A DNA stretch of 64,000 bases from an uncultured Acidobacteriota bacterium (GCA_963828465.1 CAWHEU010000004.1:32001-96000); one strand, 5' to 3'. Numbered from the stretch's first letter, positions 44,295-55,647 are shown. Translations and numbers: made by a program. Notes: generated by a model not told the origin, from the letters alone.

Positions 44295-45767
44295 TCAGCC
44301 TTCGGCGTTCTCGGCGAAGATCGCGCTCAGGTCGCTTTCCACCTGGGCGATCTCGGCATCCAGATCGATATCTGGATTGGACAGGAGCCCGGTTTCGAGC
44401 TCCTTGAGCCGGATCTTGTACTCCGACCATCCGGGGAGGAAGGTCTCGTGGCTCGGGTTGTCCGCATAGTTGGCTCCATCGAGGATGGTCTGCCAGTTGA
44501 CCCCTTGCGGGTACCTCTCATCTTGGGCTGCCAGGTAAGCGTCCATCAGCGCCGGGTCCGCCGGCGCTGCACCGTAGGCCGTCAGCAGGTCCAGAGCCGC
44601 CTCGGTGAGGAGGTAGTACATGGCCGTGAACGCCTCTTCAGGATGCTCGGTCGAGTCCAGGATGCGGAAGGTGTCCGCATGCAGGTTGGCCGTGACCACC
44701 CCCTCATTGGAAGGCATGACCCCGTAGTCCCAGAAGTCTCCGGCAATGGTGTCGCTCTGAATGCAGCACGTGTACCAGAGGTGAGTCGCCGCCATTGCTA
44801 TGTTCCCGCCCTGGAACAGGTTGTCGCCCGCATCCAATACGGTCTGGTCTGGTGAGATGCCTCGCTCCCACACGTTGGCGTGGAACCACTTCCACTCCTC
44901 TTCCCAGATCGCCGGGATGTCGGCTGTGCCGTCATCCGCCATCGGGTAACCGGCGCCCCAGAACGACCCGTTCTGGAAGAGACCGGTGGTGAACTGCCAG
45001 TGGAAGCCCCACTGGGTCGCAGTCGTGCGGTCGAAGGCGGGATCCGTGGCGTCCACCCCGTTGCCATCGACGGTCAGGATCTCGGCGATCTCCTGGACCT
45101 TGGCCCAGTCCCAGGTTCCCTCGTATTCCGTGCCCTCACCGTAGACAGTCACGCCATCCGGCCCATACTCCTGTGGCGGTTCGGGCAGACCGGCCTCCGC
45201 GAAGAGGTCCCGGTTGAAATAGATGGCCGACGGGAAGGATCCGAACGGGAGACCCACCAAGGTCCCGTCGGCTTCCCGCTGGTTGTCCACGGCGGCGGTC
45301 GCCCATTGTGAGGTCTCCACCCCGGTCGACTCGATCAACGGCTCGATGTCCAGGTAGAGCCCGGCGAACCCATTCGAGCCGTCGCGGCCTACCGGACCGA
45401 TGATGTCCGGGGCGTCGCCCGTCGCGATCTGGTTTGCCAGGGTCGTGTATGCGACGTCGTAGTCGACGATCTCGAGCACGAGCTCGATCTCATCCTGCGA
45501 CTCGTTGAAAGCGGCAACGACCTCCTCTTGAGCCGCCTTCTGCTCCGGCTGATCCCCGGCGCCGAGCCCGACGAACCACCTAATCTCAACTGCCTCGCCG
45601 GACGGTGCCGCGGTAGTCGCCGCCGCAGCCGCCGTGGTAGTGGGCTCCTCGGAAGCGGCCGCCGTGGTACTGGAACCACCGGATTCACCGGATTCACCGG
45701 TACCACCACACGCGGCAAGGATCAAGAGGAGCACCACCACGAGGGCGGTACTCTTGGATTTCTTCAT
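44295..45767 (-). CDS. Sugar ABC transporter solute-binding lipoprotein
   Basis: Lipobox LAAC; GDAPDIIGP; YFNRDLFAEAGL. Confidence 0.9.
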   Translation of the reverse strand: MKKSKSTALVVVLLLILAACGGTGESGESGGSSTTAAASEEPTTTAAAAATTAAPSGEAVEIRWFVGLGAGDQPEQKAAQEEVVAAFNESQDEIELVLEIVDYDVAYTTLANQIATGDAPDIIGPVGRDGSNGFAGLYLDIEPLIESTGVETSQWATAAVDNQREADGTLVGLPFGSFPSAIYFNRDLFAEAGLPEPPQEYGPDGVTVYGEGTEYEGTWDWAKVQEIAEILTVDGNGVDATDPAFDRTTATQWGFHWQFTTGLFQNGSFWGAGYPMADDGTADIPAIWEEEWKWFHANVWERGISPDQTVLDAGDNLFQGGNIAMAATHLWYTCCIQSDTIAGDFWDYGVMPSNEGVVTANLHADTFRILDSTEHPEEAFTAMYYLLTEAALDLLTAYGAAPADPALMDAYLAAQDERYPQGVNWQTILDGANYADNPSHETFLPGWSEYKIRLKELETGLLSNPDIDLDAEIAQVESDLSAIFAENAEG

Positions 45768-45880
45768 TGCTTTCCTTCTCCTCCTTCGGCCCCGGCTATT
45801 TCAACGGCCGCCTGGCCGTTGTGGTCCTGCACCGGGGACAGGCAGGACCTCCTTCTTCGGGCTATCCCCGCTACTTCGGT

Positions 45881-46888
45881 CTATCCCGATAGACCTCCAA
45901 CCGTCGATTGCCTGATGACCAACTCGGTTGGAAGAAGCACTCGCCGCGGCCCACCCTCAGGATTCTCCAGAAGGCTGAGGAGGGCAGAGGCCGACTCGAT
46001 GCCCTGGGCGTGCACGCCCTGACGGATCGTGGTCAGCGGAGGATCGAGCTCAGATGCGCCGGGGAGATCATCGAACCCGGCCAGCGCCACGTCCCTCGGA
46101 ACGATCAGACCGGCTGCCCTGATCGCCTCCATTGCCCCACTTGCCGTGGCGTCGTTCGCGCAAAAGATGGCATCGACCCCAAGTTCGAGCACCTTCGCTG
46201 CGGCCTCGATACCGGTTGGGCGGGTGAAGTCACCCTCCACCACCAAGAGTTCGGGGTCGAGGCCGGCACGCTGCATCGCCCGTCGGTACCCGGTCAGACG
46301 GTCCTCGCCGGCCACACTGCCCAGACGGCCCGTGATGTGGCCGACACGGGTCCGGCCGAGGTCGATGAGGTGGGTCGTGACCGTGTCGGCGGCACCAATG
46401 TTGTCGATATCGACATAGCTGGCGGTCAGATCAGAGCGCCGATGACCGATGAGGACGGTGGGAAGGTCCGAGGCGAGCAGGCCATCGACCAGGGGATCAT
46501 CGAGGTTGTCTGCAGACACGATGACTCCATCCATGAGGCCGGTGCCGAGGATCCGGTCCAGGGTCTCTTCCTTGCTCCGGTTGCCCAGCCACAACATCAT
46601 CCCGCTCGCCCGATCGGCGAGCACGTCACTCACTCCGTGGAGCAGGGCCACGAAATAGGAGTCTTCGAAGAGGACAGGTGGGGCGACATGCATGACAACG
46701 CCCACCACCCCGGTGCGCCCCGACGCCAGGGAGCGGGCGGCGAGGTTTGGTCGATAGTTGGTGCCCTCGATCACCTCGAGGACACGTCGTCTGGTCGCTT
46801 CGGAGACCGATCCCCCGTTGATTACCCGGGAGACGGTGGCACGCGAAACACCGCTGAGTTCGGCCAAGTCGTCGAGCGTCCGCGCCAT
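45881..46888 (-). CDS. LacI family transcriptional regulator
   Basis: HTH TLDDLAELSGVSRATVSRVING, YRPNLAARSL, GFDD, PPLTTIRQ. Confidence 0.95.
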   Translation of the reverse strand: MARTLDDLAELSGVSRATVSRVINGGSVSEATRRRVLEVIEGTNYRPNLAARSLASGRTGVVGVVMHVAPPVLFEDSYFVALLHGVSDVLADRASGMMLWLGNRSKEETLDRILGTGLMDGVIVSADNLDDPLVDGLLASDLPTVLIGHRRSDLTASYVDIDNIGAADTVTTHLIDLGRTRVGHITGRLGSVAGEDRLTGYRRAMQRAGLDPELLVVEGDFTRPTGIEAAAKVLELGVDAIFCANDATASGAMEAIRAAGLIVPRDVALAGFDDLPGASELDPPLTTIRQGVHAQGIESASALLSLLENPEGGPRRVLLPTELVIRQSTVGGLSG

Positions 46889-46907
46889 CCGTTGAGCCTC
46901 ATCCCTC

Positions 46908-46921
46908 TGAGAGCGCTCTCA
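46908..46921. promoter_or_regulatory. LacI-family operator TGAGAGCGCTCTCA
   Basis: Perfect 14-bp palindrome resembling the CelR/CebR box TGGGAGCGCTCCCA, 19 nt upstream of the LacI gene. Confidence 0.8.
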
Positions 46922-46982
46922 AACATACCGGCCATCAGTAGGCGCTGTCAATCAAAAGTGGGGATCAATTTGCCAGAAGTTT

Positions 46983-46996
46983 GGAAAGCGCTTTCA
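46983..46996. promoter_or_regulatory. Second LacI-family operator (TGAAAGCGCTTTCC on minus strand)
   Basis: Palindrome GAAAGCGCTTTC, 75 bp from the first operator. Confidence 0.65.
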
Positions 46997-48223
46997 GGAC
47001 GAGGGCTTCCAGGTCTGGTAATGGCGCCGGGCACAGGCCTCCGGGTCCTCGTAGTACTGGTCGGGGGTGACGTCGAGAGTCACGGTCTTCACCGGAGCCC
47101 GGATCGTGGGAGCGGTAGCGGCGAATCTCCGAATCACCTCGGCGTGCGGCTTGAGGGTGCCATCGGGTCGCACCAGGCCGAAGTGGCGCTCGTGCTTGGC
47201 CCCGCCGTCGTCGCACGGGGGCCGGTCCCAGAGGTCGGGGTGATAATCGGCGAAACACCACATGAAGGCGCCACTCGCCCCGACATCGACCAACCGGGGC
47301 AGCACCGATTCGACGTAGTCGGCGAACGCCTCCTCCCCGGCCATGAACTGGGTCCTCGACGATCCGTAAGCAGTCCAGGACCAGGTCGTGGAGCCGGCAG
47401 TGTCGGGTGAGGTGCAGCCACCCCACTCCTCGGCCAGGCACGGCTTACCGGTGAGCGCGGTGACCAGCGCACAGAGATAGGGGACGAAGTCCGGGTCGAG
47501 TGGGTCACGTGCCCAATCGACATACATCGGGTAGCCGTGCATCACCGCGACATCGCTCTCGCTGAACACATGGTCGACACGGAGCCCGTTGTCGGCGAAG
47601 AGACTGGCCGTGTGCAGGCCCGTCGTGACCGGGTGGTCGGGGTCGATCTCTTTGACCAGTTGAGTCATCTCCCTGACCCAGGATCGGCCCGCAGCAGCAT
47701 CGCGGGGGTGGGCAAACAAATCGGGCTCGTTCCCCAGGTTCCACATCCAGACCCCGGCGTGGGAGCGGTACTCGCCGACGACCGTCTCGAGGAGCAGACG
47801 ACCCGCATCGAGGGCGGCCCGGTCGTGGAACATGTTCCGATACGACGTGTCTACGACCACTCCCCCGCTGACCACCTGACGGACGTGTGGGGACGGGTGC
47901 CCGGCCACAGATGGATCCAGGAGCCATCCCGGCGACCAGTTGGGCCCGCTCATGTGACCGGTGAAGAAGGTCACATCCAGAGCCAGCCCTCGCCCGGCAG
48001 CGAGGTCCAAGACCACGCCGAGGTCGCGAAGACGTTCGGGCGAGACCGCGTCGGCTGAAGGCTGCCAATCGTCCCAGAGCAGGAAGATCCGCACCACGGA
48101 CATGCCCAGCGACTCGATCACATCGAACTCTTCTGCCACTTCGCCCCGGTCGAAATCAGACCACCAGTACATCGCCTTGGCCCGCGGCCAGTAGTTGACA
48201 CCGAGGGGGAAAGGGTCGCCCAT
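46994..48223 (-). CDS. Clan GH-A glycoside hydrolase, GH5-like (beta-mannanase/mannosidase-like)
   Basis: Motifs GVNYWP, VRIFLLWDDWQP, WNLGNEP (acid/base), LAEEWG (nucleophile), ERHFGL. Confidence 0.8.
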   Translation of the reverse strand: MGDPFPLGVNYWPRAKAMYWWSDFDRGEVAEEFDVIESLGMSVVRIFLLWDDWQPSADAVSPERLRDLGVVLDLAAGRGLALDVTFFTGHMSGPNWSPGWLLDPSVAGHPSPHVRQVVSGGVVVDTSYRNMFHDRAALDAGRLLLETVVGEYRSHAGVWMWNLGNEPDLFAHPRDAAAGRSWVREMTQLVKEIDPDHPVTTGLHTASLFADNGLRVDHVFSESDVAVMHGYPMYVDWARDPLDPDFVPYLCALVTALTGKPCLAEEWGGCTSPDTAGSTTWSWTAYGSSRTQFMAGEEAFADYVESVLPRLVDVGASGAFMWCFADYHPDLWDRPPCDDGGAKHERHFGLVRPDGTLKPHAEVIRRFAATAPTIRAPVKTVTLDVTPDQYYEDPEACARRHYQTWKPSS

Positions 48224-48232
48224 CTGCGCCGC

Positions 48233-48737
48233 TCATTTGTCTTCGTCCTGCAACGCATCGAGGACCAATGCCACCGACTCTTCCACCGATCGATCACCCG
48301 TGTCGACCACGACATCAGCGATCTCCCTGAACAGTCGGTCTCGATTCTCCAGATGCTCCGATTGCCGGACCGGTCGGCGATGCGATCCGCGTGCCGATCG
48401 CTCGGCCAGGATGCGAGGGTCGGCTGTCACCCAGACACAGAACGCCCGGGCGAGGTCGTCACGCACGTCGGGCGTCTTCGATCACAGAAGCCGCCGCGGC
48501 GATCACTGCCGGCTGCTCAACGGAGAGCGAATCGATGAGGACTTCCTTCTCGCGGCGGTGCAATGCATCGACACCATCGGTCTCGGCGATCTCACGACCT
48601 GACCGCCCGGTTTGGGTCTCGATCGATCGGTCGGAGTCGTGGAAGATTCGGCCAAGGGCCACGGCCAGCCTCTCGCCTACCGTGGTCTTGCCAGAGCCCA
48701 TGGCCCCAATGACCACGATGTGCTCAGCCTCGGGCAA
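48233..48737 (-). CDS. Shikimate kinase-like protein; apparent 1-bp insertion near 48472
   Basis: P-loop IGAMGSGKTTVG and DSDRSIE; C-terminal half (CVWVTADPRILAER...HRRP) is in another frame. Confidence 0.75.
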
Positions 48738-49035
48738 GGGCGCTCTCGATCCACTCGACGAGGGACTCCTCGCCGGCAACCGAGGCACCATCGACCATCA
48801 CCCAGCCTGGCACGGGCAGATCGGCGAACAGCAGCGGACGGACTCCATCTCCGGCCAAGAACTCCTCCCACTCATCCCTGCCAACGTTGACACAGAGATC
48901 GTCGTCCATCACTGCGACCACGAGCTGGCCATCGACGAAGTAGCCGTCACCGTCGAGCACCCTTCCTTCGGTCAGTTCCCCACGCCCACGGAGGTGCGTC
49001 TCAATCCGGCCGAGGAGGTCGTCGTGCGGGCTCAA
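48724..49035 (-). CDS. TfoX/Sxy N-terminal domain-like protein
   Basis: Pattern GDGYFVDGQLVVAV..DLCVNVG...GWVMVD...LVEWIESAL. Confidence 0.65.
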   Translation of the reverse strand: MSPHDDLLGRIETHLRGRGELTEGRVLDGDGYFVDGQLVVAVMDDDLCVNVGRDEWEEFLAGDGVRPLLFADLPVPGWVMVDGASVAGEESLVEWIESALARG

Positions 49036-52000
49036 CCGGCAGCTGGGACCTCGGTCACTTCGATCCCAACCGGCTTCCGTGGTGGCGCCGATGCCGAGAT
49101 CACCCAGAAGGCGCCTTGCTGGCGATTCCAGTCGTCGAGGATCTGCTCGGCGACCGGACTAGCCGTGCAGCGCAGGTGAGTGTCGATGAGAGTGCGGATG
49201 TCGGCCAGATCCGCGTCCAGCGGCCGTCGGGCGGAAGGAGCAGTGTCGGCCAACAGGGCCTTGAGGCTGAGATCCGGGTCCCAGACATACGCCACCCCGC
49301 CGGTCATCCCGGCGGCGAAGTTGCGCCCGACGTCGCCGATCACCAGCACCTTGCCCCCGGTCATGTACTCACAACCGTGATCGGAGCAACCCTCGATCAC
49401 CGCAGTCGCACCGGAGTTGCGAACTGCAAATCTCTGTCCGACCCGTCCGGCCAGGAAGGCGCGGCCCCCGGTAGCGCCATAGAGCACCGCATTCCCGGCA
49501 GCGTGTGGGGCGGACCCGCTCGGGCGCCGGGGCGAGACCGAGATCAGGCCGCCGCCCATCCCTTTGCCCAGATAATCGTTGGAGGTTCCCTCGAGATGGA
49601 ATTCCACCCCGTTGCACAGCCAGGCACCGAAGCTCTGCCCGGCGGTCCCGGCGAACTTGACCACGATCGTGCTCTCAGGGAGGGCATCGCTCCCGTGGCG
49701 GGCGGTTATATCACCCGAGAGCCGGGCGCCGATGGCCCGGTCGACATTGCGGATCGGGTAGGAGAGCTCGACAGGTCGCTGAGTAGCAATTGCCTCCTGG
49801 CTGTCTGCCACCAGGCGAACGGAAAGACGTGAAAGCGGTAGCTTCCGGTAGCCCTCGTGGACCTTTCCACCCTTGGATGCGATCAGCATGGCGGATAGAT
49901 CGGCGGAGAGCGGATGCTGAGGATCGATCGGGCGCAGCAGGTCGGCGCGACCCACCAGGTCGGCGATCGATCGGGCCCCGAGTGAAGCCATGTGACGGCG
50001 TGCCTCTTCGGCCAGGCGGCGGAAGAGAAGGACGACCTGATCGGCCGAGCCGGTGAACTTCGCCCTCAGGTCCTCCTGTTGGGTGGCGATGCCGACCGGG
50101 CAGGTGTTGAGGTGGCACTGGCGGACCATCTTGCAACCCATGGCGAGTAGCGGGAGGGTCCCGAAGCCGAAGCGCTCCGCCCCGAGCAGCGCGGCAACGA
50201 TGATGTCGCGCCCGGTGCGCAGCCCTCCGTCGGTCTCCAGCAGCACCCGAGAGCGAAGGCCGTTGGCGGTGAGCACCTGGTGCGCCTCGGCCAGACCTAG
50301 CTCCCATGGCGAGCCGGCATGCTTGATCGAGACGAGTGGAGAGGCTCCGGTGCCTCCCTCTGACCCAGAGATGGTGATCACATCGGCGTCAGCCTTGGCG
50401 ACTCCGACGGCGATCGTGCCCACCCCGGGCTCGCTCACCAGCTTCACCGAGACGAGCGCGGTCGGCTTGAACGCCTTCAGGTCGTAGATGAGCTCGGCGA
50501 GGTCTTCGATCGAGTAAATGTCGTGATGCGGGGGCGGCGAGATGAGGGTGACACCCGGCTCGGTATAACGGAGACGGGCGATCTCGGGAGACACCTTGTG
50601 GCCGGGAAGCTGGCCCCCTTCGCCGGGCTTGGAGCCCTGGGCCATCTTGATCTGCAGCTCGTCGGCGGAATGCAGATAGGCGGGAGTGACCCCGAATCGG
50701 CCTGATGCGACCTGTTTGATCGCCGAGTTCATCGGCGTGCCGAACCGGGCGGGGTCCTCCCCTCCCTCACCGGAATTCGAGTGCCCGCCGATCAGGTTCA
50801 TCGCCTCGGCCAGTGCAACGTGGGCTTCGGCCGATAGAGCGCCGTGCGACATCGCAGCCGTCGTGAACCGCCGCATGATCGCCTCGACCGGCTCCACCTC
50901 CTCCATCGGGACCGGGTTCCGCTGCACGAAGGCGAGGAGATCGCGCACCAACGCAGGATCGCGATCCGAGATCATTTCGATGTACTTGTCCCAGTCCTCA
51001 GGGTCACCCGATCGGACCGCCTTCTGCACTCCGAGGACGACCATCGGGCTGGTGACGTGGGTGTCCGAGCCGCGGCGGTGCTTGTAGAACCCGCCTGGAT
51101 CCGGGACGCTCGCGGTGTAGCCCTCATGACGCAACAGCGCCTGCCGGGCCAGTTCCTTGATCCCAACGCCCCGGAGACGGCGCGGAGCGTTGCGGAACGC
51201 CTTGCGGCAGACCTGCTCGGAGAGCCCGATCGCCTCGAAGAGCTCAGAGCCGCGGTAGGCAGACAACGTGCAGATCCCCATCTTGGACATGATCTTGAGC
51301 AGGCCACCCTCCATGGCAGCCCGGAAGTTCTCCTGGGCTGCCACCGGGTCGACGTCGATGGCGCCCGAGGCGGCGAGGTCGCCGGGCGTGCTCGATGGCC
51401 AGGTACGGGTTCACCGCCGACGCCCCGAACCCAACCATGCAGGCCAGGTCGTGGGGGTCTCGTGGCTCCCCCGACACAACCACCAGCGACACCGAACCCC
51501 GCACCCCCTCGTCGATCAAACGGTGATGGACTGCTCCCAGAGCCAGGAGCATCGGTATCGGCGCCCTGGTGGCCTCCGTCTCCCGATCGGAAAGCACGAT
51601 GATCGTCGCCCCCAACTTCACCGCCTGGGTGGCTTCCTCACAGATCTCGTCGAGCCGGCGCTCCATGCCCTCGGGCCCGTCGGCCACAGCCCACGTGGTG
51701 GCGATCCAATGCGAGAAGAAGCGGGCGTCCCCGGAGCGGACGATCGACTCCAGCTCGGCATCGGACAGGATCGGGCTGGACAGCTCGATGAGATGGGCTT
51801 GCTGCGGGCGGTCCTCGAGGAGCGGACCGCGTCGCCCGAGCTGGATGCGGAGAGACATGACCAGCTTCTCCCGGATCGGGTCCATGGGCGGGTTGGTCAC
51901 CTGGGCGAACTGCTCGTGGAAGAACTGGGTCAGACGACGTGGCTTGGTGGCCAGAACGGCGAGCCCGGTGTCATCACCCATGGAGCCGAGCGGATTGTCG

Positions 52001-53403
52001 CCCTGAGCCATGTCTGCAATGACCAGCCGACGCTCCTCTGCGGTGTAGCCAAACACCCGGCTCAGGGCAGCAGCATCGAAACGGTCGTCGGCCAAGCTGT
52101 CGAAGGACGCCTGGATGCGCAGGGTCTCGGTATTGACCCAGTCGCCATAGGGCCGGGCCGTGGCCAGCGCTCGCTTGACCTCGTCGGTGTGGAGCACCTG
52201 GCCCGTCTCGCCATCGAAGAGAATCAGCTCGCCGGGCCCGAGTTGGCCAGTAGCTGTCGCTTTTGACTCCTCCTCGGGGCACACACCTGCCTCGGACGCG
52301 ACCAGGAGCACATCCGGCGTCACCGCCCACCGGGCGGGGCGAAGACCGTTGCGGTCCATGCCGGCCAGCAGAGACGACCCGTCGGTGGCTGCGATGGCGG
52401 CCGGACCATCCCACGGCTCGGTGAGAAATGCGTGATAGGCGTAGAAGGAGGCCAGGTCCGGCTCCAGGTCAGGGACGTTCTCCCAGGCCGCCGGCATGAG
52501 CATCTCTTTGACGTGGGGAAGGGAGCGACCGCTCTGCATAAGCAGCTCGAACACGTTGTCGAGGCTTCCCGAGTCGGAGATCCCGGGCTGGAGGAACGGG
52601 AAGACATCGGGGAGGCGGTCTCCCCAAACCCCCGGCGTCGCCGCCTTCTCCCTGGCCAGCATCCACGATCGGTTGGACTGGATGGTGTTGATCTCACCGT
52701 TGTGGGCAAGGGTGCGGAACGGCTGGGCGTTGTCCCACGACGGGAAGGTGTTGGTCGAATACCGCTGGTGGAATATGGCGAACGCCGTCTCGAAATCGGG
52801 GTCGCGCAGGTCCCAGTAGAAGTCCGAGATCTTGGAGGCGGTGAACAGCCCTTTGTAGACCACGGTGCGGCTCGAGGCCGACGGGATGGACAATCCCGGG
52901 ACATCCGCCCTCTCGATGCGCTTCCGGGACAGATAGAGGGCCCGCTCGAAATCGGCGCCTTCGCTCTCGCTGGTGACAATGGCCTGCTCGATGAGGGGCA
53001 AGACGAGTCGGGCGTGATCGCCGAGGACCGAGGGGTCGGTGGGGACGGAGCGCCAGAACAAGAGGTGCATCCCCTCCGCCTCGATCGCCTCAGTGACCAC
53101 CGATCGGGAGGCCGCGGCGTCGGTCGGCGAGAGGAAGCACATCACCACTCCGAGACGCGACGGCGACACTTCGAGCCCGTGGGTGGCCAACTCGCGGTTG
53201 ATCAGTCGATGGGGCACCTGGGTCAGGAGCCCGGCGCCGTCACCGGTGCCATCTGCCGCCCGAGCCCCACGGTGGTCCAGGTTGACCAGGCACTCGACGG
53301 CGAGACGTGTCATCCGGAAGGTGGGTGCGAGATCCCGGGCCGCGATGAACCCGACGCCGCAGGCGTCACGGTCAGGGCCAGGATCGAAGAAGGGTGCCGT
53401 CAT
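49032..53403 (-). CDS. gltB: Glutamate synthase large subunit; apparent 1-bp insertion near 51384
   Basis: Motifs DACGVGF (Ntn Cys), HQRYSTNT, HNGEIN, PWDGPA, FAQVTNPP; second frame has SNSGEGG, QGSKPGEGGQLPG, CHLNTCPVG, GXGXG domain. Confidence 0.95.
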
Positions 53404-53482
53404 CGCTCCATGGGTGTCTCGGGAGCGATGCAGTGTAAACCCAGAAAACCCAGGTCCAACCATGTTTCGTTAGCCTCGCCTC

Positions 53483-54466
53483 ATGAGATTCGGAGCATTC
53501 GTCCCACAGGGATGGCGTCTCGATCTGGTCGGGATCGACAAGAGTGAGCATTGGAAGACCATGTCCGACGTGGCGCGGCGGATCGAGGAGACCGGATTCG
53601 AGTCGCTCTGGGTCTACGACCACTTCCACACCACTCCCGCCCCGACCCAGGAGGCCACCTACGAGGCATGGACGCTGATGGCATCACTCGCGGCCGTGAC
53701 AAACACGGTCCGTCTCGGGCAGATGTGCACCTGCAACACCTACCGCCCGCCCTCCTATCTGGCCAAGGTGGCGGCCTCGATCGACGTGATCTCTGGTGGC
53801 CGTCTCGAGATGGGGATCGGTGCCGGCTGGTACGGGCACGAGCATGATGGCTACGGCTACCCCTTCCTCGAGCCGGCGCCGCGAATCAAGATGCTGGAGG
53901 AAGGCGTCGAGATCATGAAAGCCATGTGGACCGAGGAGGTGGTCGACTATGAGGGCAGGCACTATCGGCTCAAGGGAGCGATCTGTCAGCCCAAGCCTGT
54001 CCAGTCGCCCCACATCCCGCTCTGGGTCGCCGGCGGCGGGGAGCAGCTGACGCTACGAGTGGCGGCCCGGCACGCCCAGTACACCAACTTCGGGATCAAA
54101 CCCGAGCTCTTCGTCCAGAAATCCGAGGCCCTGGCGGGGCATTGCCGAGACATTGGCCGCGACTTCGACTCGATCACGAGGTCGGCCAACTTCAACATCG
54201 TCTGCGACGAGACCGAGGCCGGTGTCCAGGAGAAGATCCGGGCCGTCGAGAGCCGGATGCAGCAGTACGTCTCGGAGGATCGCGCCGCCGAGCAGGCGAA
54301 GCTTTACAAGTACGCCTCGGGCACCCCGGACCAGGTCATCAGCTACCTCAAGGAGTGGGAGGCACTCGGGCTGGCGTACGCCATCATCTATTTCCCCGAC
54401 CCCGCCTACGACTTGTCGAGCCTGGAGCTGTTCGCCCGCGAGGTGATGCCCGCCTTCGCCGGCTGA
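53483..54466 (+). CDS. LLM-class F420-dependent oxidoreductase (TIGR03560-like)
   Basis: Motifs WVYDHFH, EAWT, RLGQMCTCNTYRPP, GIGAGWY, WVAGGGEQLTL. Confidence 0.85.
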   Translation: MRFGAFVPQGWRLDLVGIDKSEHWKTMSDVARRIEETGFESLWVYDHFHTTPAPTQEATYEAWTLMASLAAVTNTVRLGQMCTCNTYRPPSYLAKVAASIDVISGGRLEMGIGAGWYGHEHDGYGYPFLEPAPRIKMLEEGVEIMKAMWTEEVVDYEGRHYRLKGAICQPKPVQSPHIPLWVAGGGEQLTLRVAARHAQYTNFGIKPELFVQKSEALAGHCRDIGRDFDSITRSANFNIVCDETEAGVQEKIRAVESRMQQYVSEDRAAEQAKLYKYASGTPDQVISYLKEWEALGLAYAIIYFPDPAYDLSSLELFAREVMPAFAG

Positions 54467-54475
54467 ACACACATA

Positions 54476-55627
54476 TCACTTGAGACCGCTGAGCCGGTCG
54501 AGGGCCTCGGTGAGTATCTCCTCGTCCTTGCAGAAGGCAAAGCGGACCAGAGAAGCTCCATCATCGGGCCGGTGATAGAAGACACTCGGCGGGATCGCCA
54601 CCACTCGGGCAGTCTCGACCATGTGACGGCAGAAAGTCCTGTCGTCGTCGAAGCCGAAGCCGTCGAACCCGGCCATCATGAAATACGTCCCTTGCGGGCG
54701 GTGTACCTGAAAGCCGACAGCATCGAGGCCATTGGCGAGTAGGTCCCGTTTCTTCAGATAATCCGAGCGAAGGTCCTCATAGAAGCCAGCCGGTGCGCCC
54801 ATCGCGGCCACCGCCCCGTGTTGCACCGGGGTCGGGGTGGTGAAGGTGAGGAACTGATGGGCGGCACGTAACCCGGCGGTCAGCGCCCGTGGGGCGATAC
54901 CCCAGCCCACCTTCCATCCGGTGAGCGAGAACGTCTTCCCGATCGAGGAAAGGGTGAGGGTTCGCTCCCACATCCCCTCATACGTGGCCAGCCGGCGGTG
55001 CTCACCGTCGTAGACCATCTCCTCGTAGACCTCGTCGGTGATGGCGATGACGTTGTATTCGACACAGAGAGAGGCGATGGCCGCCAGCTCATGGTCGCTG
55101 AACACCCGACCTGTCGGGTTGTGGGGATTGTTGACCACGATCGCCTTGGTCTTCGGGGAGAACGTCGATCGAAGCTCCTCGAGGTCGATGCCGAAGCCCG
55201 GTGGCCTCAGGGTCACGTACCTCGGCACAGCGCCGGTCATCGAGACGAACACCGGATAGGCGTCGTAGAAAGGCTCGATGAGGATCACCTCGTCGCCGGG
55301 ATCGATGAGCCCGAGGAACGATGCCGCGAGGGCTTCTGTGCATCCACAGGTGATGGTCACCTCCCCAACAGGGTCGACCTGCCTCCCGAGAAGCGGCCCG
55401 TATCGATCGGCAATGGCTTGTCGCAGCGCCGGCACACCCTGGCTCGGCGGATATTGGTCGCTGCCGCCCTCGACCAACGAACGAGCGGCGGCATCCTTCA
55501 CGAACTCCGCCCCCTCCCAGTTGGGGAAGCCCTGTCCGAGATTGATGGCGTCGTACTCCATGGCGAGGGCGGTCATTTCGCTGAAGATGGTGACCCCGAA
55601 CGAGGCAAGACGGTCGGCGATCGACAT
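54476..55627 (-). CDS. PLP-dependent aminotransferase class I/II (YbdL/DapC-like)
   Basis: Motifs AINLGQGFP, NNPHNPTG, DEVYE, SSIGKTFSLTGWKVG, VRFAFCK. Confidence 0.9.
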   Translation of the reverse strand: MSIADRLASFGVTIFSEMTALAMEYDAINLGQGFPNWEGAEFVKDAAARSLVEGGSDQYPPSQGVPALRQAIADRYGPLLGRQVDPVGEVTITCGCTEALAASFLGLIDPGDEVILIEPFYDAYPVFVSMTGAVPRYVTLRPPGFGIDLEELRSTFSPKTKAIVVNNPHNPTGRVFSDHELAAIASLCVEYNVIAITDEVYEEMVYDGEHRRLATYEGMWERTLTLSSIGKTFSLTGWKVGWGIAPRALTAGLRAAHQFLTFTTPTPVQHGAVAAMGAPAGFYEDLRSDYLKKRDLLANGLDAVGFQVHRPQGTYFMMAGFDGFGFDDDRTFCRHMVETARVVAIPPSVFYHRPDDGASLVRFAFCKDEEILTEALDRLSGLK

Positions 55628-55647
55628 GTCCGTCAGACTATGCCGCC

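Noticed and set aside
983-53403. Frameshifts in STAS (~1080), metX (~11488), mmsA (~15470), ABC permeases (~22155 and ~23745-23785), MFS (~24928), shikimate kinase-like (~48472) and gltB (~51384) as pseudogenes or programmed frameshifts
   Set aside because: All are single-base indels in G/C-rich contexts, in otherwise intact and often housekeeping genes, with no slippery heptamers or further decay. Uncorrected long-read errors are the simplest explanation; read pileups would settle it.
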